Assembly: GCA_016791045.1 (NCBI GenBank)
Contig: JAEUNO010000019.1
Span: 137,532 to 201,531, forward strand
Source of the DNA: Methyloversatilis sp.
Lineage (GTDB): Bacteria > Pseudomonadota > Gammaproteobacteria > Burkholderiales > Rhodocyclaceae
Length of the DNA stretch: 64,000 bases
Reading direction: 5' to 3'
The notes under the pieces are model-generated. The model did not search any database, was not told the DNA's origin, and saw only the letters and a list, made by a program, of their open reading frames with translations. The number at the start of each line of letters is the position of its first letter. The stretch's first letter is position 1. Positions 55,575-64,000 of the stretch are shown in pieces. The position numbers and the translations under genes were made by a program.

Positions 55575-57193
55575 CGCCCGGCGCGCGCCACCTGCTTACA
55601 CTGGGCCTGATGATGACTTCCGCGCACCCAGCCCTGCCCGCGTCCGACGCCTTGTCCGGCGGACGACTCGGTCTGCATGACGCGACCGGTTTTCGCGCCG
55701 TCAGGGGCGTCTGCTCAGGATGCGCAGCAGCGCCGCAGGCACTGTGGTACTTCCAGGACGACTGGATCGCCGTGCCCCAGCCACCGGCGAGCGGATTCGA
55801 TCCCGCGCTGGCTGCGCAGGACGATGTGCGCACCTGGGCGCAGGCGCAGGACACGCGCGCCGAAGCGACGCATCCGCCGCTGATCTGGATCGGCTCGCCC
55901 CATGTCCTGACCGGCGCGCGCCTGACTGCCGACGGCACCCGGCTCGACTTCGGCGACAGCGGCGGCGACAGCGGGAGCCTCGCCCTTTCGCTGGTGCCGC
56001 AGCTGGCGTCGAACGTGTCCTGGTTCAACGCCGACAGCGTGAGGTGGCTGCAGGGCCAGCCGCTGACCTTGCGCGGAGAGGCGAGTGCCGGCGGCTTCAC
56101 CGCACGCACCCTCTGGCCGCACGGTTTCGACATCGACCTCACCGCATTGCGCGCCGACCCGCTGCGCGACGGCGAAACGCTGGCCACGCTGGTGCGTGCC
56201 CACGAGGGCGGTGCGCGCCAGCCACCATCGGTGCGCCTGCTGTGGGAACGCACGCCCGGCGCGGCGCGCGCAGCCGGCGGCAAGCCGGTGCTGGCGCTGG
56301 TGCTCAATGGCGCCCAGGGCGACGATGACGAAGCGCACGGCGGTCATTTCGCCCTGGCCACCGGCGTACTCGGCGAACACGGCCAGTGGAACGACTGGCT
56401 GGTGAACAATTTCTACAACCTCGATGCCTGGAGCGAAAAGGGCATCGTGGCCGCCACGCTGCCGATGGACGCCTACCTGACCGATCTCAACGCAGGTCAG
56501 TCCTGGTACCGACCTTCCGCGGTGCTGGTCGCCGTGCTGAGCGAGCCGCGCGCCGCCGCACGCGTGCAGCAGGGCCTGGACCGCGTGTTCAGCCACTTCT
56601 ACCGGCACGACTTCAGCTACCGCCACGCCACCGCCAATTGCGCCGGCATCAGTCTCGACACGCTGCGTTCTCTCGGCTGGGCGGTGCCGCAGCTGGGCCC
56701 GACATCGAAACTGAAGGCCTGGCTCGGCCTGCCCTGGATGGCGCTCAAGGAGCGGAGCCTGGCCAGCGGCCTGCAGGCCTTCGACTACATGAGCGCGGAA
56801 CGCAGCGGCCTGTTTCCGTTCGTCGCCTTCAATGTCGCCGGCAGCGATCTGCTCGGCCGGCTGACTGCCGGCAAGGCGGCCGGACAGGGCCTCGAGCGGC
56901 TGCTGGCCGACGACGTCGAGGCGCTGCTGTACATCCACGTCCCGCAGATCCCGTCGTCGCGTGCCTTCGGCAGCGCGCCGGTCACGTCCTATGACGAGTA
57001 CGCCGCGCGGGTGCCGGCCGAGCGCTCGCAATGGATCGTCCGTCCGGCCCCGCCGCGGCCCTTCCCCGACGCGCTGCGCGACGCATCGGCGCCGAAGGAG
57101 CCCCCGCCGGCGTCGCGCCGCGCGCTCATCGTCTGGCTGGTGGCGCTCGGCGCGGTCGCGCTGTGGCTGCTGAGCCGGCTGTTCCGCCGCTGA
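55571..57193 (+). CDS. Uncharacterised protein with a C-terminal membrane anchor (start GTG 55571 or ATG 55610)
   Basis: About 530-540 aa. GTGA overlap with the decarboxylase stop. Motifs EAHGGHFALATGV and YRHATANCAGISLDTLRSLG. C-terminal TM helix ALIVWLVALGAVALWLLSRLF. No family confidently recognised. Confidence 0.65.
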   Translation: MTPGARHLLTLGLMMTSAHPALPASDALSGGRLGLHDATGFRAVRGVCSGCAAAPQALWYFQDDWIAVPQPPASGFDPALAAQDDVRTWAQAQDTRAEATHPPLIWIGSPHVLTGARLTADGTRLDFGDSGGDSGSLALSLVPQLASNVSWFNADSVRWLQGQPLTLRGEASAGGFTARTLWPHGFDIDLTALRADPLRDGETLATLVRAHEGGARQPPSVRLLWERTPGAARAAGGKPVLALVLNGAQGDDDEAHGGHFALATGVLGEHGQWNDWLVNNFYNLDAWSEKGIVAATLPMDAYLTDLNAGQSWYRPSAVLVAVLSEPRAAARVQQGLDRVFSHFYRHDFSYRHATANCAGISLDTLRSLGWAVPQLGPTSKLKAWLGLPWMALKERSLASGLQAFDYMSAERSGLFPFVAFNVAGSDLLGRLTAGKAAGQGLERLLADDVEALLYIHVPQIPSSRAFGSAPVTSYDEYAARVPAERSQWIVRPAPPRPFPDALRDASAPKEPPPASRRALIVWLVALGAVALWLLSRLFRR

Positions 57194-57205
57194 CCGGGGC
57201 CCCGC

Positions 57206-59080
57206 ATGAGTTCTCAATTCCACCTGTTGAAGGAAGGCCGCTTCCGGCCCTTCTTCCTGACCCAGCTGCTGGGCGCGCTGAACGACAACGTCTTCAAGAC
57301 CGCATTGATCACGCTGCTCACCTTCCGGGCCGGCAGCATCACCGACCTGTCGCCCGGGCTGCTCGCCACCGTGCTGCCGGGCGTGTTCATCCTGCCCTTC
57401 TTCCTGTTTTCGGCCACTTGCGGCCAGCTCGCCGACAAGTACGACCGCGCCATGCTGGCCCGCCTGAGCAAGCTGCTGGAAATCGTCGTCATGGCGCTCG
57501 GCGCCTGGGGCTTCATCGCCGGCAATCTGCCGGCGCTGGTGCTGGCACTGTTCCTGATGGGCACGCAGTCGACGCTGTTCGGGCCGGTCAAGTACGCCTA
57601 CCTGCCACAGCATCTCGCGGACGGCGAACTGGTCGGCGGCAACGGGCTGGTCGAATCGGGCACTTTCGTCGCCATTCTCGGCGGACAGATCCTCGGCGCC
57701 TGGCTGGTCGGCAACACCTCGGCCGGCGCGATTGCACTGGTCGTGCTCGCGCTGGCCGTGATCGGCTGGTGGACCAGTCGCGGTATCCCGCTGTCGCCGG
57801 CGCCGGAACCGGCGATGCGAATCGACTGGAACCCGCTCAGCGCCACGCGCGACACGCTGCGCTTTGCCACCGGCAACCGAACGGTGTGGCTTTCGCTGCT
57901 CGGCGTGTCGTGGTTCTGGTTCTACGGCGCGACGCTGCTGGCGCAGTTCCCGGTCTATGCCGCCGAGGTGCTGGGCGGCGGCGAAGGCGTGTTCATCGTG
58001 CTGCTGGCGGTGTTCTCGATCGGCGTGGGAGCGGGGTCACTGGCGTGCGAAAGATTGTCCGGCGGCAAGGTGGAAATCGGTCTGGTGCCGTTCGGTGCCA
58101 TCGGCCTGACGCTGTTCGGCATCGATCTGTTCTTCGCCACGCCGGCCGCACCGGCCGCGTACGACGGCAGCGCGGCGGGCTTCCTGCAGCAGGCCGCGCA
58201 CTGGCGCCTGCTGATCGACATCGCGTTGATCGGCACCGCCGGCGGCATCTACATCGTGCCGCTGTATGCGTTGATCCAGAGCCGCTGCGAGAAGCATCAT
58301 GTCGCACGCGTCATCGCCGCCAACAACATCCTCAATGCGGGTTTCATGGTGGTGTCGGCGCTGGTCAGCCTGCTGCTGTTCCGCGCCGGCCTCGATATTC
58401 CGCAGCTGTTTCTGGTGACCGCATTGTTCAATGCCGTGGTCGCCCTCTACATCTACACGCTGGTGCCCGAGTTCCTGATGCGCTTCATCGTGTGGATATT
58501 GATCCACACGGTGTACCGGCTCGACACGCGTGATCTGGAACGCATCCCGGACGAAGGGCCGGCCGTCGTCGTGTGCAACCATGTGAGCTTCGTCGACGCA
58601 CTGGTCATCACGGCCGCGTGCCGGCGACCGATCCGCTTCGTCATGGACCACCGCATCTTCCGCACGCCCATCCTGAGCTTCGTGTTCCGCACCAATCGCT
58701 GCATTCCGATCGCCCCGGCAAGGGAAGACCCGGCGCTGCTCGAACGCGCGTACGACGACATCGCCGCGGCGCTCGAAGCCGGTGACCTGGTGGGCCTGTT
58801 CCCGGAAGGACGCATCACCGATACCGGCGAGCTGTACCCGTTCAAGCCGGGCATCACGCGCATCGTGGGGCGCACGCCGGTGCCGGTGATTCCACTCGCG
58901 CTGCGAGGCCTGTGGGGCAGTTTCTTCTCGCGCAAGGACGGGCCGGCAATGCGCCGGGTGCCGCGGCGCGGTCCGTTCAGCCGCATCGAACTGGTGGCCG
59001 GTGACGCCGTCGCGCCGGATGCCGCGACACCGGCGGCGCTGCAGGCCATCGTCGCCGGGCTGCGCGGCGAACGGCAATGA
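57206..59080 (+). CDS. Fusion of an MFS lysophospholipid transporter (LplT-like) and a PlsC-family acyltransferase
   Basis: 624 aa. N-terminal FRPFFLTQLLGALNDNVFKTALITLLTF with about 12 TM segments. C-terminal HX4D CNHVSFVDALVI and LFPEGRITDTG. Confidence 0.88.
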   Translation: MSSQFHLLKEGRFRPFFLTQLLGALNDNVFKTALITLLTFRAGSITDLSPGLLATVLPGVFILPFFLFSATCGQLADKYDRAMLARLSKLLEIVVMALGAWGFIAGNLPALVLALFLMGTQSTLFGPVKYAYLPQHLADGELVGGNGLVESGTFVAILGGQILGAWLVGNTSAGAIALVVLALAVIGWWTSRGIPLSPAPEPAMRIDWNPLSATRDTLRFATGNRTVWLSLLGVSWFWFYGATLLAQFPVYAAEVLGGGEGVFIVLLAVFSIGVGAGSLACERLSGGKVEIGLVPFGAIGLTLFGIDLFFATPAAPAAYDGSAAGFLQQAAHWRLLIDIALIGTAGGIYIVPLYALIQSRCEKHHVARVIAANNILNAGFMVVSALVSLLLFRAGLDIPQLFLVTALFNAVVALYIYTLVPEFLMRFIVWILIHTVYRLDTRDLERIPDEGPAVVVCNHVSFVDALVITAACRRPIRFVMDHRIFRTPILSFVFRTNRCIPIAPAREDPALLERAYDDIAAALEAGDLVGLFPEGRITDTGELYPFKPGITRIVGRTPVPVIPLALRGLWGSFFSRKDGPAMRRVPRRGPFSRIELVAGDAVAPDAATPAALQAIVAGLRGERQ

Positions 59081-59090
59081 AGTGCCGGCG

Positions 59091-61850
59091 ATGCTGACCG
59101 TAATCCTGTGTCTGCTCGGCCTGATTGCTGGCGCTGCACATGGCGGGCTCGAAAGCGCTCTCGGCGGCGCGGTCGGCCTTGCCGCCGGCCTGTGGATCAG
59201 TGCCCGCAGCGCACAGCGGGAACGCGATCTGACGCAGAAACTGCGCGAGCTCGATGACAAGTCACGCTGGCTGTACGACGCGCTGACCGCATTGCAGCGC
59301 GAGCGCAGCGCTGCGCCGCCGGTCGGGGCCGCGTCGCCGGACAGTGTGGTCACGGACGCGCCCGTCATCGATCCTGCGGCCGCGCCGATCGTTTCGCCGA
59401 TGCCGCCGACCGTCAGCGCACAGGCCGCCCCGCTCGATGCGCTGCATGCACCCGGGGTGCGCATCGCAGCAGTCGCCGGGGGCATGGACCCGGCCGCGCC
59501 CGAATCCCGCAGCCCGTCCGCCAGCCCCTCCGCCAGCCCATCGTGGTCGGCCCTGTGGGCGCGCCTGATGGGTGCCAATCCGCTGGCGCGCATCGGCGTC
59601 GTCGTGCTGTTCTTCGGCGTCGCGTCGGCGCTGCGGCTGGCCGCGCAGGCCGGCCTGCTGCCGCCCCAACTTCGCCTGGCCGGCGCGCTGGCGGTCGGGC
59701 TGGTCATGATCCTCGCCGGCTGGCGCATGACCGGCGACGGGCCGCGCCGCATGTTCGCGCTGGCGGTGCAGGGCGGCGGCTTTGCGCTGCTCTATCTGGC
59801 AGTCTATTTCGCACTGGCGGGCTACGGCTTCATCGGGGCGGCGCCGGCCTTCGGACTGTTCGCCGCGCTGGGTGCCGCCTGCGCGCTGATGGCCGCGCGC
59901 CAGTTGGCGCAAAGCCTGGCGCTGCTCGGCCTGTCCGGCGCCTTTGTGGCACCGCTGCTCGCCACCACCGGGCAGGGCGACCAGAACGTGCTGCTGTCCT
60001 ACACCCTGCTGCTCGACATCTTCATCATCGCGCTGTCCTGGCGCCACGCCTGGCGCGCCCTGATCCTCGCCGGCTTTCTGTTCACCTTCATGGTCGGCAC
60101 CGGCTGGGGACTGCGCAGCTACACGCCGGACGACTATCTCGCGGTACAGGGCTTCCTGATCGCGTTCTTCCTGCTGTTCAGCGCCACCCGGGTCGCGCTG
60201 ACGGTCGCACGTGCGCCGGGTGTAGCGGGCAAGGAATCGGGCTGGAACGCCGGCAGCCTGCTGTTCGGCCCGCCGCTGGCGGCCGGCGTGCTGCAGAGTG
60301 CGCTGATGCAACCGTTCGAGTATGGCGACGCACTCAGTGCGGTTGCCGCCGGCCTGTACTACCTCGGGCTGGCCTGGCTGCTGCGGGCGCGCGCGCCGGA
60401 TGCGTCACCGGCCTTCCGTGCGCACGCCGGCATCGGCGCGGCGCTGCTGACGCTGGCCGTGCCGCTGGCGCTCGACCTGCAGATGACCGCTGCGGTCTAT
60501 GCCGTCGAGGGAGCGGCCGCGCTGTGGTACGGCTGCGTGCGCGGATCCAGGCTCACGCTGTGGGCTGGCGCGGCACTGCAGGGGCTGGCCGGCCTGTGGC
60601 TGGTCGCCGCGCTGCCTGAGCTGACGCTGGCCTGGCCGCTGGTCAATGGCCGCACGCTGGGCTGCCTGCTGATGGCCGGTGCGGCACTCGCATCAGTGCG
60701 CGTACTGCGCGTCACGGCGGCAACCGGTGACGGACTGCCGCAGGCACTGACCGTCTGGCTCGCCGGCTGGTGGCTGTTCGGCGGCCTGGCCGACATCGAT
60801 GATTTCGCGCCGTCGGCGCTGCAGCCGGCACTGGCGCTGCTGTTTGCGATGGCCAGCGCCGCCTTGGCCGAACATCAGGGACGTCGCCGCAACTTCGTCA
60901 CCGCACGCGCACTCGCCGCACTGTCGCTGCCGGTGCTGTGGGCGGGCAGCCTGGTCGGCTGGGACATGCAGCACCACCTGCTGTTCGGCGCGATGGCGCT
61001 CGCGCTGCCACTCGCCTGGGCCACCCATCTGTGGATCCTGCGCCGGCAGGACGAAGACAGGACCGGCCTGTTCAGCGGTTCCCGCCATGTCGCGACGGCC
61101 TGGACGCTGCTGCTGTCGGTCGGCGTCGAAGCCGGCGGCTGGCTGGACACGTGGCTGCCCGGGCAGGACCTGTGGCGCTGGCTCGCCTGGATCACGGTCT
61201 GGCTGGTGGCAGGCATCGTGCTGCAGCGCGCCCTGGCCGACGATCGCGACGAATGGCCCTGGAGCGCGCAGCGCGACCGCTACGAAGGCTACGTGCTGCG
61301 ACCGGTCGCCGCGCTGCTCCTGCTGTCGGTCGCGGCACTGCAGCTGGCGCACGATGGCGGTTCGGCGGTGCGCTACCTGCCGCTCGCCTCGGCGCTCGAT
61401 ATGGTCAGCCTCGCCGCGCTGCTGTGGCTGGCACGCGATCGGTCACCGCGCCCGCTTCGGCTGCCGCTCCAGCGGCCGCTGACCGGCGCCGTCGGTCTGC
61501 TGTGGGTGTCGGCGCTGGCGGCGCGCAGCGTGCATCATCTGGCCGGGGTGGCCTGGTCGGCCGATGCCATGTTCCAATCCACGCTGCTGCAGGCCGCGCT
61601 GTCGCTGACATGGACGCTGACCGCACTCGGACTGATGATCCACGCCACCCGCAGCGGTGCGCGTACCCTGTGGTTCGCCGGTTTCGCGCTGCTCGCCGCG
61701 GTGGGTGTCAAATTGCTGATGGTCGATCTGGCCGGCGCGGGCACCGTCGAATGGACCGCCTCCCTGCTCGGGATCGGCGCACTCATCCTGATTGCCAGCT
61801 ACGTCGCGCCGGTGCCGCCTGCCACCGATCCCGAAGGAGCCACACCTTGA
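59091..61850 (+). CDS. DUF2339-type large polytopic membrane protein
   Basis: About 919 aa from ATG 59091. N-terminal TM segment plus coiled-coil (RERDLTQKLRELDDKSRWLYDALTALQRE), a Pro/Ala linker, then about 20 hydrophobic helices. Confidence 0.8.
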   Translation: MLTVILCLLGLIAGAAHGGLESALGGAVGLAAGLWISARSAQRERDLTQKLRELDDKSRWLYDALTALQRERSAAPPVGAASPDSVVTDAPVIDPAAAPIVSPMPPTVSAQAAPLDALHAPGVRIAAVAGGMDPAAPESRSPSASPSASPSWSALWARLMGANPLARIGVVVLFFGVASALRLAAQAGLLPPQLRLAGALAVGLVMILAGWRMTGDGPRRMFALAVQGGGFALLYLAVYFALAGYGFIGAAPAFGLFAALGAACALMAARQLAQSLALLGLSGAFVAPLLATTGQGDQNVLLSYTLLLDIFIIALSWRHAWRALILAGFLFTFMVGTGWGLRSYTPDDYLAVQGFLIAFFLLFSATRVALTVARAPGVAGKESGWNAGSLLFGPPLAAGVLQSALMQPFEYGDALSAVAAGLYYLGLAWLLRARAPDASPAFRAHAGIGAALLTLAVPLALDLQMTAAVYAVEGAAALWYGCVRGSRLTLWAGAALQGLAGLWLVAALPELTLAWPLVNGRTLGCLLMAGAALASVRVLRVTAATGDGLPQALTVWLAGWWLFGGLADIDDFAPSALQPALALLFAMASAALAEHQGRRRNFVTARALAALSLPVLWAGSLVGWDMQHHLLFGAMALALPLAWATHLWILRRQDEDRTGLFSGSRHVATAWTLLLSVGVEAGGWLDTWLPGQDLWRWLAWITVWLVAGIVLQRALADDRDEWPWSAQRDRYEGYVLRPVAALLLLSVAALQLAHDGGSAVRYLPLASALDMVSLAALLWLARDRSPRPLRLPLQRPLTGAVGLLWVSALAARSVHHLAGVAWSADAMFQSTLLQAALSLTWTLTALGLMIHATRSGARTLWFAGFALLAAVGVKLLMVDLAGAGTVEWTASLLGIGALILIASYVAPVPPATDPEGATP

Positions 61851-62377
61851 ATACACGATTGACCGCCGCACTCACCCTTGCCCTGTGCGCCTTCGGCAGC
61901 GCACACGCCGCCGACATCAAGCCCGGCCTGTGGGAATTCAAATCGAAGCTGGCGATGCCGGGCATGCCCGACATGTCGGCGCAGATGGAAATGATGCAGC
62001 AGCAGATGAAGAACCTGCCGCCGGAGGCACGCGCCATGATGGAGAAGCAGATGGCCGCCCAGGGCGTTGCGATGGGCAACGGCGGCGCGCTGCAGGTGTG
62101 CATCACGCCGGAGGATGCCAAGGGCGCGAACGTCTATACCGGCAAGACCGACGGCGACTGCCGCTACACGAACGTCACCAACAGCGCGACCCGGGTCAAG
62201 GGCACCATCACCTGCACGAAACCGAAGGCCAGTGGCGATTTCGAAGCCATCATCGACAGCCCGACGCATTTCACGTCGAAGGTGAACATGCAGTCGGCCG
62301 AAGGCGCGATGACGGCCGACACCGACGCGCGCTGGCTGGCCGCCGACTGCGGCAAGATCAAGCCGACGGCGCGTTGA
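61847..62377 (+). CDS. DUF3617-like secreted protein/lipoprotein
   Basis: TTG 61847 preceded by GAAGGAG (61833-61839) at 7-nt spacing. Signal (M)NTRLTAALTLALCAFGSAHAADIKPGLWEF. Met-rich MPGMPDMSAQMEMMQQQM. Overlaps the DUF2339 stop by 4 nt. Confidence 0.75.
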   Translation: MNTRLTAALTLALCAFGSAHAADIKPGLWEFKSKLAMPGMPDMSAQMEMMQQQMKNLPPEARAMMEKQMAAQGVAMGNGGALQVCITPEDAKGANVYTGKTDGDCRYTNVTNSATRVKGTITCTKPKASGDFEAIIDSPTHFTSKVNMQSAEGAMTADTDARWLAADCGKIKPTAR

Positions 62378-62588
62378 TCCCCGGCTGGCGCCGGATCTTC
62401 AGCCTCGGCCGGACGCGCCATGTCTGCGGGCGCCATCGGGGAACCGGCGTGCGCCGATGGCCTCGAAGCTGACGCAGACCCTTGAATTCACGTATCGTCC
62501 GCGCTTCGACTTCCGGTGCCGGCGCTGACCGCACCGACTTGTGCACCTTCCCCCTCCGCATGCTGCCGGCGCGCGGCCAGACCTGAAG

Positions 62589-63521
62589 ATGGCTTTACAC
62601 CGCCGACGACATCCTTCCACGCTCGGCTTCGACGCGTTCGACATGGCCTGGGAGACGAACCCGCCAGGCGTCGTCTACCTGACCCTGCGCGTGCGCCGCA
62701 GCGTGCTGTTCGCGCTGGCGGTGGCGCTGTGCCTTCATCTGGCGCTGCTCGGCTGGATCCTGCACAAGGACAGCATGCCCGAGCTGCCGCTGACCGGTAC
62801 GCCGAGCGAAACCATCAGCGCCCGCCTGGTCCAGCCGGAAGCCCCGCGCCCGCGCGCCGAACCGCAACCGCCCGCGGTGCAACCGGCGCCTGTTCCGCCG
62901 CCGCCGACCCGTCAGGTCGAGCGACCCAAGCGCGACCGCAAGCCCGCGCCGGTCAAACCGCAACCTGAAGTGCTGCGTGCGCCGGTGCCCGACCCGGCCC
63001 CGGCCCCGCCACCGCCGGCGCCGACCCGGCCGAAACTCGACGACGAACCGACCGACATGGCGTCATACGTCAATCGGCAGCGCGAACGACGGCAGGCGGC
63101 CGAAGCTTCGGAAGGGCGAGAAACGGCTGCCGGCATTGCACGCGAGCGCGTGCCCAGCGCGGACGAGATCGCCATGGCGAACATCAAGCGCAACCTGCAG
63201 TCGGGCACCAGCGGCGTGTTCCAGATCACCCGCAAGGGCGTGCGCACGGCGTCATTCGTGTTCCGCGGCTGGACCACCGACGCGGTCAACGCACGCCGTG
63301 AGTACATCGAGGTCGATGCCGGTGTCGGCGGCGACATCGAGCGTGCACTGGTCAAGCGCATGATCGAACTGATCCGCCGCTACTACCAGGGCAACTTCAA
63401 CTGGGAATCGCGCGTGCTCGGCCGCACCGTCGTACTGTCGGCGGCACCCGAAAACAATGCCCAGCTGGAGGATTTCCTGATCCGCGAGTTCTTCCGCAGC
63501 GGCTACAGCTATCCGCCCTGA
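62589..63521 (+). CDS. Membrane-anchored protein with a TonB-like Pro-rich spacer and an unknown C-terminal domain (start 62589 or 62643)
   Basis: TM helix VLFALAVALCLHLALLGWIL, Pro-rich PEAPRPRAEPQPPAVQPAPVPPPP...PAPAPPPPAP, and a C-terminal approximately 110-aa domain (VFQITRKGVRTASFVFRGW...). Confidence 0.55.
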   Translation: MALHRRRHPSTLGFDAFDMAWETNPPGVVYLTLRVRRSVLFALAVALCLHLALLGWILHKDSMPELPLTGTPSETISARLVQPEAPRPRAEPQPPAVQPAPVPPPPTRQVERPKRDRKPAPVKPQPEVLRAPVPDPAPAPPPPAPTRPKLDDEPTDMASYVNRQRERRQAAEASEGRETAAGIARERVPSADEIAMANIKRNLQSGTSGVFQITRKGVRTASFVFRGWTTDAVNARREYIEVDAGVGGDIERALVKRMIELIRRYYQGNFNWESRVLGRTVVLSAAPENNAQLEDFLIREFFRSGYSYPP

Positions 63522-63794
63522 CGGGTCGCCAGCCGTCACGCAAGCCGATGCATTGCAGGCAAGCGGAACCGGACAGCAATCGGCGCGGCAGGCGGTGAAC
63601 CCCGCGCGGGCCGAGACAGACTGTGCGACGCGAGAGCTTGCGTCTGGAACTGCCATCACAGCCACGATGCACGCAACCTTTGTGCGCTGGCAGACGGACA
63701 GCCCGGTGGCAACCCGCTACGGTCGGCATCGGCGTGCCGGCGATATGCCTGCGCGCCGTGTCAATCCGACTTCACCTGCACCCGGACTTCCTAC

Positions 63795-63869
63795 ATGAAC
63801 AGCATTGTCTATATCGTCGGCGCCGTCGTCATCGTTCTCGCCGTCCTGTCCTTCTTCGGCTTCCGCTGA
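63795..63869 (+). CDS. Possible 24-aa hydrophobic peptide
   Basis: Hand translation MNSIVYIVGAVVIVLAVLSFFGFR-stop. No clear SD. Followed 5 nt later by a 12-bp perfect hairpin. Preceded by about 270 nt without a convincing ORF. Confidence 0.3.
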   Translation: MNSIVYIVGAVVIVLAVLSFFGFR

Positions 63870-63874
63870 CCCGC

Positions 63875-63904
63875 CCGGACGCCTGAAAAAAGTCAGGCGT
63901 CCGG
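63875..63904. terminator. Strong hairpin between convergent genes (terminator-like)
   Basis: CCGGACGCCTGA (63875-63886) pairs perfectly with TCAGGCGTCCGG (63893-63904), A-rich 6-nt loop. The right arm contains the stop codon of the minus-strand partial gene. Confidence 0.6.
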
Positions 63905-64000
63905 CGTCTTCACCTGCGCAAGAAAGAAACGCAGCATTTCGCGCGTGGCATCCGGGCCGCCGGTATCCGTATATGAGCCGGCCGCCTGTCCGCCCGACCA
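63893..64000 (-). CDS. 3' end of an unidentified gene (partial; possibly an esterase/PHB-depolymerase-family C-terminus)
   Basis: The minus strand reads ...WSGGQAAGSYTDTGGPDATREMLRFFLAQVKTPDA-stop with high GC3. Too short for a secure family call. Confidence 0.4.
   Translation of the reverse strand, partial: WSGGQAAGSYTDTGGPDATREMLRFFLAQVKTPDA

Noticed and set aside
63522-63794. Known riboswitch or other cis-regulatory RNA in the 270-nt leader of the 24-codon ORF
   Set aside because: I could not match any riboswitch core I know (c-di-GMP-I/II, TPP, SAM, cobalamin, glycine, fluoride, ykkC) by eye. This needs an Rfam/Infernal scan before any claim.

Overview
Very GC-rich chromosomal segment in which third codon positions are almost all G/C. 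Gene content looks betaproteobacterial, probably Rhodocyclales-like: a Pil-Chp ChpA, a beta-type gshA-gshB pair and a DUF971-ubiE-Tim44-like-ubiJ block. The taxon is an inference, not proven from sequence. I support about 60 protein genes. By eye I found no rRNA, tRNA, CRISPR array, IS element or integrase.

Most of the window is housekeeping:
- a giant chpA kinase, phaC, and a LOG / enoyl-CoA hydratase / HMG-CoA lyase chain;
- rapZ-ubiX, ornithine-lipid genes olsBA, a DUF2256 gene with an Fe-S photolyase, and a GAF-GGDEF cyclase;
- gshA-gshB-apbE, ybiT, phoBR, ubiE/ubiJ, glpD and the complete atpIBEFHAGDC operon.

The stand-out locus is 19190-22449. It encodes an 881-aa single-pass membrane protein that joins cytoplasmic TIR and CHAT (caspase-like) modules to two periplasmic LysM domains. 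A stand-alone Macro-domain gene follows it. I propose this as a candidate, apparently uncharacterised, cell-wall-sensing NAD+/ADP-ribose conflict or signalling module.

Other loci worth a second look:
- a SypE-like kinase / cNMP-binding / PP2C fusion next to a STAS gene;
- two tandem large PilZ-motif paralogues;
- a translationally coupled ArsR / PLP-decarboxylase / unknown / LplT-acyltransferase operon;
- an ACP / adenylating enzyme / SDR module divergent from an unknown gene plus a polysaccharide deacetylase;
- an 86-bp intergenic direct repeat carrying an 18-bp palindrome;
- candidate Pho boxes upstream of phoB and olsB.

Many long ORFs in the six-frame track are antisense shadow ORFs typical of high-GC DNA, and I rejected them.
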